Source of the DNA: Shigella phage Sf23
Strand: one strand, 5' to 3'
Sequence record: MF158046
Length of the DNA stretch: 64,000 nt
The notes below the pieces were generated by a model, which was not told the DNA's origin, ran no database searches, and saw only the letters and a list, made by a program, of their open reading frames with translations. Made by a program: the position numbers and the translations under genes. Below, in pieces: positions 27,029 through 36,978 of this stretch (its first letter is position 1; each line of letters starts with the position of its first letter).

Positions 27029-28842
27029 TGGTGTTTAACCCTATGCATGATTTCTTTATTTTTACCGAGATTAAATCCGCGTTCGTTCGGATTTCCCAAA
27101 TAACCACATGTTCTTCTTATTGTGTTCATCTTTTTAGGATCAGTTTCTCCACAAATAGAACAAACAAATCCGTTTTCAGTAGGAGTCATTTCATGGGTAC
27201 TTCCACACGTAAAACATTTATCTACTGGCATATTAACACCAAAATAATCTAAATGTTGTGCAGCATAATCCCATACGGCCTCAAGACCCTTTAAGTTATT
27301 TTTCATATCAGGAAGTTCAACATAAGAAATGTGACCACCTGTCGCAATGAAATGATATGGCGCTTCACGAGAAATCTTTTCAAACGGAGTAATATTTTCT
27401 TCTACTGAAACATGGAAACTGTTAGTGTACCAGCCTTTATCGGTAACATCTTTTACGCTTCCATATTTTTCTGTATCGAGTTTACAGAAGCGATAGCAGA
27501 GGTTTTCAGCAGGAGTCGAATATAAACTAAAAGCAAATCCGGTTCTTTCAGTCCACTGTTTAAGATGAGCATTCATTTTAGTTAAAATTTCTTGTCCAAT
27601 ATCACGACCGACAAGAATATTTAATTCGTGAATACCAATGTATCCTAGGGACACTGAACTTCTACCGTTTTTAAATAACTCAATTATGTCATCGTCAGGT
27701 TTAAGACGAACCCCGAATGCACCTTCTTGGTAAAGAATAGGAGCAACAGTTGCTTTAACTCCTTTTAAGGAACTAATTCTACACATCAAAGCTTCAAAAC
27801 ATAAATCCATTCGTTCATTGAACAATTCAACAAATTTCTGTTCATTGAATTGTGTTCCAATATAAGAATCTAATGCAATACGAGGAAGATTCAGTGTTAC
27901 AACGCCAAGATTATTACGTCCATCAAGAATTTCATTACCAGTCGAATCTTTCCATACGCTCAAGAAACTGCGGCAACCCATTGGAGAAACAGGAATAGAT
28001 GAACCTGTGATAGCTTTATTGTTCTTAGCTGAAATAATATCAGGATACATTCTTTTGCTTGCACACTCTAGAGCAAGCTGCTTAATATCATAGTTCGGAT
28101 CGTCTTTATAAAGATTAACACCTTCTTCAACGAACATAACAAGCTTAGGGAAAATAGGAGTTATCCCATCGCGACCAAGGCCTTTAATACGATTTTTCAG
28201 AATTGCTTTCTGAATCATTCGTTCAGTCCAGTCAGTTCCCGTGCCAAATGTAATTGTTACAAAAGGCGTTTGTCCATTTGAACTAAAGAGAGTATTTACT
28301 TCATATTCATAAGCTTGGAACGCATCGTATACGTCTTTTTCTGTTTTAGATTGGGCATAATTCAACGCATCAGCGATTTGCCATTTTTCTGCATCCTCAA
28401 TATGTTTTGCATAGGTGCGTTTAACATAAGGAGAAAGTACTTTATCTACATTAGCAAAAGTCGTTCCGCCATATTGATGGGAAGCAACTTGCGCAGTAAT
28501 TTGTGCCATAATTGCAGTAGCAACGCCAATTGATTTAGGAGTTTCAATCTGTGCATTACCAAGCTTAAATCCGTTCTCAAGCATTCCTTTTAAATCTACT
28601 AAACAGCAATTAGTAAATGGAAGAGCAGGGGAATAATCAATATCATGGAAATGAATAATTCCGCTTTCATGCGCTTTCATAATAAAAGACGGGACCATAT
28701 TTTTGGCAATGTGTTTAGACACAATACCAGCCATAAGGTCCCGTTGAGTTGGAAAAACACGAGAATCTTTATTAGCATTCTCGTTTAAAAGGTCTTTATT
28801 AGTTTTATGAATCAATCCTTCAATTTCTTTTTCAATTGTCAT
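27025..28842 (-). CDS. nrdD: anaerobic ribonucleoside-triphosphate reductase NrdD, uninterrupted
   Basis: 605 aa continuous ORF; C-terminal zinc ribbon CFTCGS...CSICG and glycyl-radical motif RTCGYLG. Confidence 0.95.
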   Translation of the reverse strand: MTIEKEIEGLIHKTNKDLLNENANKDSRVFPTQRDLMAGIVSKHIAKNMVPSFIMKAHESGIIHFHDIDYSPALPFTNCCLVDLKGMLENGFKLGNAQIETPKSIGVATAIMAQITAQVASHQYGGTTFANVDKVLSPYVKRTYAKHIEDAEKWQIADALNYAQSKTEKDVYDAFQAYEYEVNTLFSSNGQTPFVTITFGTGTDWTERMIQKAILKNRIKGLGRDGITPIFPKLVMFVEEGVNLYKDDPNYDIKQLALECASKRMYPDIISAKNNKAITGSSIPVSPMGCRSFLSVWKDSTGNEILDGRNNLGVVTLNLPRIALDSYIGTQFNEQKFVELFNERMDLCFEALMCRISSLKGVKATVAPILYQEGAFGVRLKPDDDIIELFKNGRSSVSLGYIGIHELNILVGRDIGQEILTKMNAHLKQWTERTGFAFSLYSTPAENLCYRFCKLDTEKYGSVKDVTDKGWYTNSFHVSVEENITPFEKISREAPYHFIATGGHISYVELPDMKNNLKGLEAVWDYAAQHLDYFGVNMPVDKCFTCGSTHEMTPTENGFVCSICGETDPKKMNTIRRTCGYLGNPNERGFNLGKNKEIMHRVKHQ

Positions 28843-29312
28843 TTTAAACTCTTTCTAAGCTGCTTCTTAAATGAAGCTATTAATTGTGTTTTAGTGTCAG
28901 ATTCATTATATTCAAATCCTCTTTGAAGCATCTCAGCCATCATTTCCTCTTTTCCTAAACGAGAAAATTCCTTTGATTTATCTCCAACAAAGTTAGGATG
29001 AATATTATTTTGGGTGTAATCGGATTTTAAATAAGTAAGTAAATTTTCTAACCATTCAAGATAATCAACACCTTGCCCCTTTAAGCCAGAACGATTAAAT
29101 TTATGTTTCATTTGACCTTCTGCGGCATTGCAGAGATTACAAAGCAATCCACGCACCTTTCCTGCTTTTGGTCCATTTAATTCATGGTCATGATCAAGAT
29201 GATTAGCTTGAACATCAGGATTTAGTTCTCGTTGGCAAATTAAGCATTTACCGTTTTGTGCATCATAAAATTTCTGTTTTTCTTCTTTGTATAATTTGCC
29301 AGTCAATAACAT
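28839..29312 (-). CDS. 49: endonuclease VII (Holliday junction resolvase) gp49
   Basis: 157 aa as in T4; zinc and His-Me motifs (CLICQ...HLDHDHE...CNLCN). Confidence 0.92.
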   Translation of the reverse strand: MLLTGKLYKEEKQKFYDAQNGKCLICQRELNPDVQANHLDHDHELNGPKAGKVRGLLCNLCNAAEGQMKHKFNRSGLKGQGVDYLEWLENLLTYLKSDYTQNNIHPNFVGDKSKEFSRLGKEEMMAEMLQRGFEYNESDTKTQLIASFKKQLRKSLK

Positions 29313-29353
29313 AATAAACCCTTACCTTAAATAGATAAGGGTATTTATTATTT

Positions 29354-29839
29354 TCAAGTATTGTAAAACATTTGATTCAATCGCTTATATTGCCGAATCT
29401 TTTGGTCAGAAAAAGAAATTTGGGTTTCAAGCCATTCAATATATTCTGCCGCAGCTTGCATCAAATTTCCTTCATAGCCATCGTTATTTTCTTGTGCAGC
29501 TAATTTAGCTAATGCGTATGAAATACGTTCACCTTGAAAATCAGCTTTAGGCTTCTGAACAACTTGATTAGTTCTATCTACAACTTCTTCAATTTCGCCA
29601 TTTTCTACTGATTCAGTATTCCACAAGCACCAATACGTAATTGGCTTATCGTAGATGTTAATAATCTTTCCATCAGAAAGTTCAATTTCAATAATTCCAG
29701 TATCAGGCTCTATATCATCTTCACATTCTTTTGCAAGTTCACGAACTTTAAAGACAGTACCTGCACTAAGTTCCGGCCAGTAATTACACAGCCCTGTATC
29801 AGCACGATTAATTCTAAACCACTTATCTACTGTAATCAT
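29354..29839 (-). CDS. pin: Pin, inhibitor of host Lon protease
   Basis: 161 aa from internal ATG (T4 Pin is 161 aa); position between 49 and nrdC. Confidence 0.65.
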   Translation of the reverse strand: MITVDKWFRINRADTGLCNYWPELSAGTVFKVRELAKECEDDIEPDTGIIEIELSDGKIINIYDKPITYWCLWNTESVENGEIEEVVDRTNQVVQKPKADFQGERISYALAKLAAQENNDGYEGNLMQAAAEYIEWLETQISFSDQKIRQYKRLNQMFYNT

Positions 29840-29962
29840 GTCCCATCTCCATATCAATTAAGTCATTTATCGTTGGTTCATTATATATTGTTTCTTCATC
29901 AGTGTAAACCGGTTCTTCCGGCTCTGGCTCTACAGTTTCCCATCTAGCCGCCCACCAAGGTT

Positions 29963-30283
29963 TTATAGCGTAATCCATTCTCGTACTGTCTGAGTTACTA
30001 CACGTTCATGGGGCTCGACTAGTTCAACAGTCGGAACTGCATAATACCAGTCAGAATGATAAGAACCTGACCGAGATTCATTTACAGCCACATGTACATT
30101 ATGTTTTGGACTAAAGTAAACACACTGACGATATTGACATTTACCATCTTGCACCCAGTCTTCTATTTCGACAGGTTTAAGATAATCGGAAAAATCGAAA
30201 TCATAGTTTTCCGAAAATGCATCATGGTCTTCAATGATTTCGCTCAGAACTGCATCAACATCTAATTTATTTTCAATAGTCAT
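29963..30283 (-). CDS. hypothetical protein (106 aa)
   Basis: ORF in pin-nrdC interval. Confidence 0.5.
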   Translation of the reverse strand: MTIENKLDVDAVLSEIIEDHDAFSENYDFDFSDYLKPVEIEDWVQDGKCQYRQCVYFSPKHNVHVAVNESRSGSYHSDWYYAVPTVELVEPHERVVTQTVREWITL

Positions 30284-30293
30284 TTTTCACCAA

Positions 30294-30503
30294 TTAATTT
30301 CGCAATTTATTAAGTTCTTCATAATCAATCCAGGATTCTAGTCCTGATGGCAAATCAGATTCAATTTCCCAAAGAAGTTCTTCAATTTTCTGAAGACGAT
30401 CTAATTCTTCAGCTGGAATAGTAACCATTGACGGAGTTCTTGATACGCTAATATCGTAAATCATATTTACCCCAGTTTGACCATGCAATCGCCATATTTC
30501 CAT
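30294..30503 (-). CDS. hypothetical protein (69 aa)
   Basis: ORF in pin-nrdC interval. Confidence 0.45.
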   Translation of the reverse strand: MEIWRLHGQTGVNMIYDISVSRTPSMVTIPAEELDRLQKIEELLWEIESDLPSGLESWIDYEELNKLRN

Positions 30504-30682
30504 TTAGAAATAGACTTTTCACCGTTAGAATAATAAACTTCGAGTTTAGCACGATTATTTTTAATTTGAATAACCTTTGCTGTCATCAAAGTTCCATACC
30601 CATAATAAACTGCAACCTCATCACCTACATATACCGCGCTTCCGCGGTAATCATGGATATAATCAGTTCCTTCGAGCATCAT
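30467..30682 (-). CDS. hypothetical protein (71 aa)
   Basis: ORF immediately upstream of nrdC. Confidence 0.45.
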   Translation of the reverse strand: MMLEGTDYIHDYRGSAVYVGDEVAVYYGYGTLMTAKVIQIKNNRAKLEVYYSNGEKSISKWKYGDCMVKLG

Positions 30683-30942
30683 TTAAAGTATTCCCGCAAT
30701 TGGTCAAATCCACCAATATGACTTCCATCAGGAGCAAATACTTGTGGCATTGTCAAACCAATTTGAGTATCACGACCTAGTTTCGTCAGAAGCTCAGCGA
30801 TTTTCTCATCATCAAAAACACCTTTTTCCGGCATAATGTTGATAAATTCAAACGGCTGTTTCTTCACGGTCAAAAGACGTTTTGCATTATCGCAATACAC
30901 ACATTTATGAATGTTGCTATCATAACCATATACTTTAAACAT
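30679..30942 (-). CDS. nrdC: thioredoxin/glutaredoxin NrdC
   Basis: 87 aa; redox motif CVYC; matches recalled T4 NrdC sequence. Confidence 0.92.
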   Translation of the reverse strand: MFKVYGYDSNIHKCVYCDNAKRLLTVKKQPFEFINIMPEKGVFDDEKIAELLTKLGRDTQIGLTMPQVFAPDGSHIGGFDQLREYFK

Positions 30943-30943
30943 A

Positions 30944-31186
30944 TTATTCCTTAATTCCTAATACTTGTTTAAAAGTCTCGTCGTAATCAAGACTTTGGCC
31001 CGTTTGTTCTTTATGTTTGTATATAATATCACTTACTTCTGATAGCATATTTTTATATGAACGAGTTAAAGCAGATTTAAGCACGCTGTATCTATCAGGA
31101 AATTTACCATGTTCATTATAATAAGCTATTGCTAATTCACGGACTGCCTTTTCAGCAGCCTCCATATATTCTTTACGCTTGGTCAT
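30944..31186 (-). CDS. hypothetical protein (nrdC.1-position, 80 aa)
   Basis: ORF coupled to nrdC. Confidence 0.5.
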   Translation of the reverse strand: MTKRKEYMEAAEKAVRELAIAYYNEHGKFPDRYSVLKSALTRSYKNMLSEVSDIIYKHKEQTGQSLDYDETFKQVLGIKE

Positions 31187-31188
31187 TT

Positions 31189-31578
31189 TTAATCCAAAAT
31201 ATTATTAGGCATTGGTTGAACACTCACAAGTTCTTTAAAGAACTCAGTAGAGTCAGGCAATTTAACCATTTCCGGAGCATGCTTACTGAATTTATGTTTA
31301 CATTGACGGCATTTATATTCAAGCTCTGGTTTACGCCAGTTAATCAATTGAACTTGTTCAGTACCGCATTCAGGGCAATTAGGAACGTTTTTAGAAGCTC
31401 TTTCACGTCGTTCAACCATAGCCATAATAGCATCCCATGCTGGAGGTTTAAAATCTAAATCGTCGCAGCCGTGAATCTTTCCACGCATTTCCATATCATC
31501 TTCCTCACCAGCCATAATAATTTTAATTAAACTAGAATTACTTGAAGCTGCAATGTCTTCTAATAAACGCTTTTTCAT
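31189..31578 (-). CDS. zinc-ribbon protein (129 aa)
   Basis: Cys pairs CPECG...CRQCKHKF. Confidence 0.5.
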   Translation of the reverse strand: MKKRLLEDIAASSNSSLIKIIMAGEEDDMEMRGKIHGCDDLDFKPPAWDAIMAMVERRERASKNVPNCPECGTEQVQLINWRKPELEYKCRQCKHKFSKHAPEMVKLPDSTEFFKELVSVQPMPNNILD

Positions 31579-32504
31579 TTCAATACCTCAATAGCATTAC
31601 GTAAACCATTTGCTTTTGCATTAAGAGCTTTTAACAATTTAGTGTGTTCGGCAATCTGAGCTTCAACTTCAACTAGTCGAGATTTGAGGTATTCACGTTC
31701 TTCGCTCAAGTTATCAATCTTTTCTACTTTAGGCTCTTTTACAACTGTCTTATATGTATTAGGGTTCTTCAGTTTAATTAAAATGCGTGAACTGTATAAC
31801 ATTGAACCATTATCTTCGGTTTCGTCATACATTTCAACTACGTCCATCATCTCCACCATCGTGCAGAGTTTATAAGACAACGAACGAATAATTTTGTTGT
31901 GCTTATTAATTTCTCTAGCTGTCATGGTGCCGAGATTACGTGAGTAATAATAAGGAACCTGGATATTAATTAATACTGATGAACCACCTGGCTTGTGTGT
32001 TACTTCATCAGCAATAACCCAATCCTTAACATGAACTGTATTTGTACGGTCATCGCCCGCGGTAAATAGTTTGCGAGCATGCTTAAAAAGCATATTCACT
32101 TGGTCATTGAATTGACAAGCAAATTTATCAGCAAATTTAGTTTCAGGAATGGTAGAAAACCAATCAGCCAAATGAGTCTTTTTAACATCATTAACAATAG
32201 TAAATTCAACCAAATCGGTTATAGATGTCTCAGATTTAATGAAGCTCGGCTTCATAAAGTTTTTAATGTTCTCATGAGCTACAGTAGAAGATAACATACG
32301 AGAACGTTTAAACCATTCAAGCAAATTGCCTAACGAATGAGAATAAGCGTTTTGAGTATCTTTACAGATATGATTTTCCTGACCAACATATTGAAGGAAA
32401 TCACGAAGAATATTATTGATTACTGCTCTGTGTCCTATCTGATAATTACGATGTTTAGTAATAAGACTGTCAAAATAATCAATATAATGTTTACGAGTTT
32501 TCAT
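31575..32504 (-). CDS. member A of tandem paralog family with C-terminal coiled coil (309 aa)
   Basis: First of four adjacent 300-340 aa ORFs with Pro-containing linker followed by ~40-aa heptad-like C-terminus. Confidence 0.55.
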   Translation of the reverse strand: MKTRKHYIDYFDSLITKHRNYQIGHRAVINNILRDFLQYVGQENHICKDTQNAYSHSLGNLLEWFKRSRMLSSTVAHENIKNFMKPSFIKSETSITDLVEFTIVNDVKKTHLADWFSTIPETKFADKFACQFNDQVNMLFKHARKLFTAGDDRTNTVHVKDWVIADEVTHKPGGSSVLINIQVPYYYSRNLGTMTAREINKHNKIIRSLSYKLCTMVEMMDVVEMYDETEDNGSMLYSSRILIKLKNPNTYKTVVKEPKVEKIDNLSEEREYLKSRLVEVEAQIAEHTKLLKALNAKANGLRNAIEVLK

Positions 32505-32556
32505 ATTCTTCTCACTTGGTTAATGGTTTATACTCCGAGCCATCCTTGGCTTTAAA

Positions 32557-33588
32557 TTACTTAATTAACTGTAAAGCTTGTTCAAGACGATCAAGACGAT
32601 TAACGGATTCTTCCCAAATCTTTTTAGCCTGCTCATATTCTTTCTGCGCTTTATTAGAAATTTCTAGAACTTCTTTATAAGCTTTTTCTAATGCAATAAC
32701 TTCTGGACGAATTTCTACCGGTTCAGGTGAATCATCAAGACATTCCATTAGTTCCTCAAGGGTAGTTTCTTCTTTAGGAGTATTCACAATTTCCTCACAT
32801 TTTTGTTGATAAATTTCTTTATCAGTAGGTGAATAAGCACATTTCACTTCACGAAGACTAATTACAATTTTATATCCTTCCCATCCGCATATATTCTTAA
32901 AAGGATATGTATGAATATTTTCTACTGTTTCCATACAAAGTAATGCAGTCTCTAACTGACGAGTTATAGTGCTAGCAATTGAGAAAAATTTATTAATATT
33001 CTTTTGGTTAGCGTTTGGTGTAAAAAATCCATAATTCACAAAAATAGCTACTTTATTTTCATCAAGCTCATATTCTTTTACGATAATCATATCAGAAGCC
33101 AAAGGATGAATTTGACGATAATCGCCATAACATAATTTAGAAGCTGATTTTAGAATTTGTCCTTTGAAAAGTCTGAAATTACTAATCCAACGACGAGTAA
33201 AAATATTCTCAGGGTCTTCTTTATTATTAAGATGATAAGAATTAACATCACCGAACCAATTATATCCTACTACATCTTTGGTTCGTTTAATTTCTTTCCC
33301 AAAATTACCAAGAATATCCCGATTAACCAAATATGAAAGAAGACGAGACTCTTTAAAAGTTTTTTTGATAACATCTTTATCTACACGGCTAGAAATTTTA
33401 CGAATTTCATGAATAAATTTAGTAGAAGAAACAATACTTGCATCAACACTATTGAGCCATTGATTGATAATAGAAAGAACGATATTTTGACCAAACATCG
33501 GTATAGCTTTATCATCAATAACGCTGTTGAACGATTTAATATATTCGTTGCGAGTCATATTAATCTCCTCAGTAGAAAGTAAGAACAT
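32557..33588 (-). CDS. member B of tandem paralog family with C-terminal coiled coil (343 aa)
   Basis: Same architecture; C-terminus ...PEPVEIRPEVIALEKAYKEVLEISNKAQKEYEQAKKIWEESVNRLDRLEQALQLIK. Confidence 0.55.
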   Translation of the reverse strand: MFLLSTEEINMTRNEYIKSFNSVIDDKAIPMFGQNIVLSIINQWLNSVDASIVSSTKFIHEIRKISSRVDKDVIKKTFKESRLLSYLVNRDILGNFGKEIKRTKDVVGYNWFGDVNSYHLNNKEDPENIFTRRWISNFRLFKGQILKSASKLCYGDYRQIHPLASDMIIVKEYELDENKVAIFVNYGFFTPNANQKNINKFFSIASTITRQLETALLCMETVENIHTYPFKNICGWEGYKIVISLREVKCAYSPTDKEIYQQKCEEIVNTPKEETTLEELMECLDDSPEPVEIRPEVIALEKAYKEVLEISNKAQKEYEQAKKIWEESVNRLDRLEQALQLIK

Positions 33589-33620
33589 TATACCACATCC
33601 TTGTGGCGAAGTAAACTAGT
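33585..33620 (-). promoter_or_regulatory. early-type promoter
   Basis: GTTTAC (rc 33611..33616) and TATAAT (rc 33588..33593). Confidence 0.5.
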
Positions 33621-34620
33621 TTAGTGCATTTAGTGCGTTGTTCAGTTTAGAACGTTGCTTCGTGAGATTTTTGACTTTTTCTTGTGCTTTTTCTAGCATC
33701 TTTTCAGCTTCTAACACTTCATTGGTCGCTTTAACGAGTTCATCATCTACTGCCTTAAGAGACTTCTCAATCGCATCCGCGTGCCATTTTTCAACAGGTT
33801 TAAGACTCGGATTTTCAATAGGAAGAAAATTCACTTTATTGAATTTCCATGCATCATTATTACCTGAACTATACATCCAAAATTTAGGATCGTTTGATGA
33901 GTAATTAGTTTGGGGTTCAGGTTTTTTCTCTTGTGTAACTTCGTCCTTTCTCAAAAAATCATATTTAAATGAAACGATCATATCAAGTTCATATGTTGTC
34001 GTATCTAATTTAAATCGTTCGAAATGCTGCGAAATCTTAGACTGAACAGCAGAAACAACATCCATATACTTAAATGCTTCTGTCAGCTGTGATTTAAGAC
34101 ATTCACAAATTGAAAGAGAATTTTTAGTACTAGGTTTAAAGCTAATTCGTGCAGTTCTATTATTTTCTTTTAATGGTCTTACTTCCATCTGAAGAGTATA
34201 ACCATCAAATTTCAGATTCTTTAAGTTAATATCAGAGCCCTTTAATCGACTAGCAGTAGACAAAATTTGCTTTAATTGTTTACGAAATAGAGCAATAAAT
34301 CTCCATTCAATACGATAATGATTTGGATTAAAAAATCCTGTTGATAAATCAACCTTACTCTGACCAACGCCTTGAACAAATAGAGGATTTTTATAATCAA
34401 TAGTTTTACAGAAATCGGTGAGCTGCTCACGAGCAGTCATTTGAGTAATATACCCTGCTTCATTAAAATGACGTAACCATTCACTGCTATTCATATATTT
34501 AAAGTGAATATCACGATTAACTTTATCAGGGTCTAAATTATTTTGGCACAAAAATGTCATAACATCACGAGTATAGCTGGCATTACGAACCATATCTTCA
34601 ATTTGAGAACGAGTTTTCAT
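33616..34620 (-). CDS. member C of tandem paralog family with C-terminal coiled coil (334 aa)
   Basis: Same architecture; early promoter-like element at 33585..33620 just downstream of its stop. Confidence 0.55.
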   Translation of the reverse strand: MKTRSQIEDMVRNASYTRDVMTFLCQNNLDPDKVNRDIHFKYMNSSEWLRHFNEAGYITQMTAREQLTDFCKTIDYKNPLFVQGVGQSKVDLSTGFFNPNHYRIEWRFIALFRKQLKQILSTASRLKGSDINLKNLKFDGYTLQMEVRPLKENNRTARISFKPSTKNSLSICECLKSQLTEAFKYMDVVSAVQSKISQHFERFKLDTTTYELDMIVSFKYDFLRKDEVTQEKKPEPQTNYSSNDPKFWMYSSGNNDAWKFNKVNFLPIENPSLKPVEKWHADAIEKSLKAVDDELVKATNEVLEAEKMLEKAQEKVKNLTKQRSKLNNALNALN

Positions 34621-34628
34621 AGTGTTCC

Positions 34629-35537
34629 TTAAGATTTAAGTAAATCAACAATTTTAATTAACTTTTCACGCTCAGATTTAGCTTTACTACTCAGTCCAGA
34701 TAGTCTGAAAATTTCATCGTCATACTGTTGAATAGAAATATTCAGCTCTTCAATTTGCTTATTAAAATAATCAATTTGCTCAGAATGTTTTTCATTACTG
34801 CGAACTGGTACAGGTTTTGTAGGCAATTTAGTTAAACTGGATTCATCCGGGCGATAAATTAAAATACAACTTGAACCAATCGGGCATTTAGCACCAGACA
34901 CATATTCTAATGTTCCGGCTTCTTTTAAAACTTCAAAAGCTAAACAGAGATGATGCCCCATATTAACATAATCTGTAGAGCGAGCTCTGACGTAATAATC
35001 ATCGCCGCGAATACTAAATTTAAAGCATTTAAGGTCTTCTGTATTATTGGTCTTAAAAATCATTTGTTTATCTAGACCTTTAGCTAATCGAGCGCCTAAT
35101 GCTAATAATCGTCGTTGATTTTCCCACAAATCTGCGATCATTTGGTCAAATGATAATTTCGGCATTAGTCGACCATAAAGGTCGTATCCTTTATTATAAT
35201 TGCGAAGGATTTCACTCGCATTAATACGAGACAATGCTCCAATTTTATTAAGGGCTTTCATAATGCGATTAGATAAATCCATTCCAGACTCGTGTGTTCG
35301 CTGCAAATGTTTTTCTAATCCAAATCCAATATCAACTTTAAATTTATCTAAAATTTCAGCATGAACATCTTTGTCAATAACATTCAAATTCAGAGTTAGA
35401 TTAAATCTATGAAAAAATTTATCTGGCTCTCCACGACGAAGTACAGTCCATTCATTCATTTTTTTATTAACTAAAGATTTAATTACTGCATTGACATTAT
35501 TAATTACTACTGACATATTTTCCTCACTCAATTTCAA
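34629..35537 (-). CDS. member D of tandem paralog family with C-terminal coiled coil (302 aa)
   Basis: Same architecture; C-terminus ...EQIDYFNKQIEELNISIQQYDDEIFRLSGLSSKAKSEREKLIKIVDLLKS. Confidence 0.55.
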   Translation of the reverse strand: MKLSEENMSVVINNVNAVIKSLVNKKMNEWTVLRRGEPDKFFHRFNLTLNLNVIDKDVHAEILDKFKVDIGFGLEKHLQRTHESGMDLSNRIMKALNKIGALSRINASEILRNYNKGYDLYGRLMPKLSFDQMIADLWENQRRLLALGARLAKGLDKQMIFKTNNTEDLKCFKFSIRGDDYYVRARSTDYVNMGHHLCLAFEVLKEAGTLEYVSGAKCPIGSSCILIYRPDESSLTKLPTKPVPVRSNEKHSEQIDYFNKQIEELNISIQQYDDEIFRLSGLSSKAKSEREKLIKIVDLLKS

Positions 35538-35931
35538 TTTTACTAAATACGCAGAATATGATGGAAAAGACTATATAAGCACCGCATACAGATTGAACTA
35601 ATACCATTCCAAAGAACCAAACAATATTATCAAACAATGTCTGTTTTACGTCGAAAGGACGTAAACTTACAGTAATATTATCACCTTTTTCTATTGACGA
35701 ATACATCTCTGGTGAAATATATTCGCTAAATCTATAACCGTCTTTGAGTTCATATACGGCAATAAACGATAAACTAGACCCCTTTCCTTGAGTTCCTGTA
35801 ATGGTATTAACTACAGTAACATCATAATCTTTATAATGCATATAATCATTAATAGCATAATAACCATATGCAATTACTATACATAAACAACATATCAATA
35901 AATTCAATCTTTTAATTATCAACTGTTTCAT
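35524..35931 (-). CDS. membrane protein (135 aa)
   Basis: N- and C-terminal hydrophobic helices flanking a beta-rich middle. Confidence 0.5.
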   Translation of the reverse strand: MKQLIIKRLNLLICCLCIVIAYGYYAINDYMHYKDYDVTVVNTITGTQGKGSSLSFIAVYELKDGYRFSEYISPEMYSSIEKGDNITVSLRPFDVKQTLFDNIVWFFGMVLVQSVCGAYIVFSIIFCVFSKIEIE

Positions 35932-35986
35932 AATAATCTCAATTAAAAGGGCTTAGAACCATTATACCATCCTTGGTATAAAGCGG

Positions 35987-36514
35987 TTATGCGAGTACCG
36001 TCTTTAACCGTTCTTCAAACTTCCGAAGAGTATTTTGGCGTTCAGCTCTTTGCTTTTTGTAAGTTTCAATACGCTCTGAAATGAGAGTGTATCGTTCATT
36101 TACTGATTCTTTCATAAAATCAGGAATTTCACGAGAAGCTTTAATCTCGTCAAATTTATCAATAACAGCTTGCTCTTCAGCAATTAAGTTATCATACATC
36201 AAAATATCTTTCTTGATGAACTCAATATCTTCTTGAGTTACACGAGATAATTTAGATGCTTTATCCTTTTTGTACTGTTCGTTAGTATCACGAGACCAGT
36301 GTAATGTACGATTTTTATTCGTATTCTTGTAAATTTCTACAATACCGATCTCGTCAATAATAACGATCCAATTCCAACGGGATTTGTAAATTTGTCCTCC
36401 ATCAACAGTGATTTCACCTCCAATTGAGATGTCATTAAAGAACTTGCTTTGTGCTTCTGATTTAAATTTACCATCGTTGTAATTTACCAGGTTGAAAATA
36501 TCTTTAGCGTTCAT
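35987..36514 (-). CDS. hypothetical protein (175 aa from first ATG)
   Basis: Track ORF extends to 36574 by reading through the early promoter (artefact MFTRPFLCGTIQLSTT); true start taken as MNAKDIF. Confidence 0.5.
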   Translation of the reverse strand: MNAKDIFNLVNYNDGKFKSEAQSKFFNDISIGGEITVDGGQIYKSRWNWIVIIDEIGIVEIYKNTNKNRTLHWSRDTNEQYKKDKASKLSRVTQEDIEFIKKDILMYDNLIAEEQAVIDKFDEIKASREIPDFMKESVNERYTLISERIETYKKQRAERQNTLRKFEERLKTVLA

Positions 36515-36534
36515 TTTGTGTTCCTCCGTAGTTG

Positions 36535-36575
36535 ATAGTTGTATAGTACCACAGAGGAACGGTCTTGTAAACAAC
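36535..36575 (-). promoter_or_regulatory. early-type promoter, conserved extended family
   Basis: rc of GTAAAC at 36567..36572 and TATAGTACC at 36542..36550. Confidence 0.55.
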
Positions 36576-36889
36576 TAAAAGAAACTTCTTTCACAATTTT
36601 TTCCACTGAACCACGCACTCACTGCTTTCTTAGTCTCAGGAGCAGTGTTATCCATAAACCATTCAAAGGCAGCCTTTTTATGATTCTGGAGGGCTTCTCG
36701 GGCTTTAATCTGCTCACGGTCTATTAACACTAACATATGAGCCTTTCTTGTCACCATGGGCTTCTTATGATTTTTTGAATACTCCCAATCATTTGTCCAT
36801 CGCATCGTTGTTGCGAACTGAAATACTGCTTCTTTAATTTTAGTTTCGTAAATTTCACGAGCCTTTGAGTATAACATCACTACCTCCAT
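36575..36889 (-). CDS. hypothetical protein (104 aa)
   Basis: ORF, no motif. Confidence 0.5.
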   Translation of the reverse strand: MEVVMLYSKAREIYETKIKEAVFQFATTMRWTNDWEYSKNHKKPMVTRKAHMLVLIDREQIKAREALQNHKKAAFEWFMDNTAPETKKAVSAWFSGKNCERSFF

Positions 36890-36978
36890 TTACCAGTTTA
36901 ATTCTAGTCATCTTTTTGATGGCAGTCCATATAATCTATTTCTGAACTGCCTTTTTGTCTTAGAAGTCCTCTTATGAA

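Noticed and set aside
27025-28842. Possible group I intron or homing endonuclease in nrdD
   Set aside because: The reading frame is continuous for 605 codons with no internal stop or frameshift and there is no nested GIY-YIG or HNH ORF.
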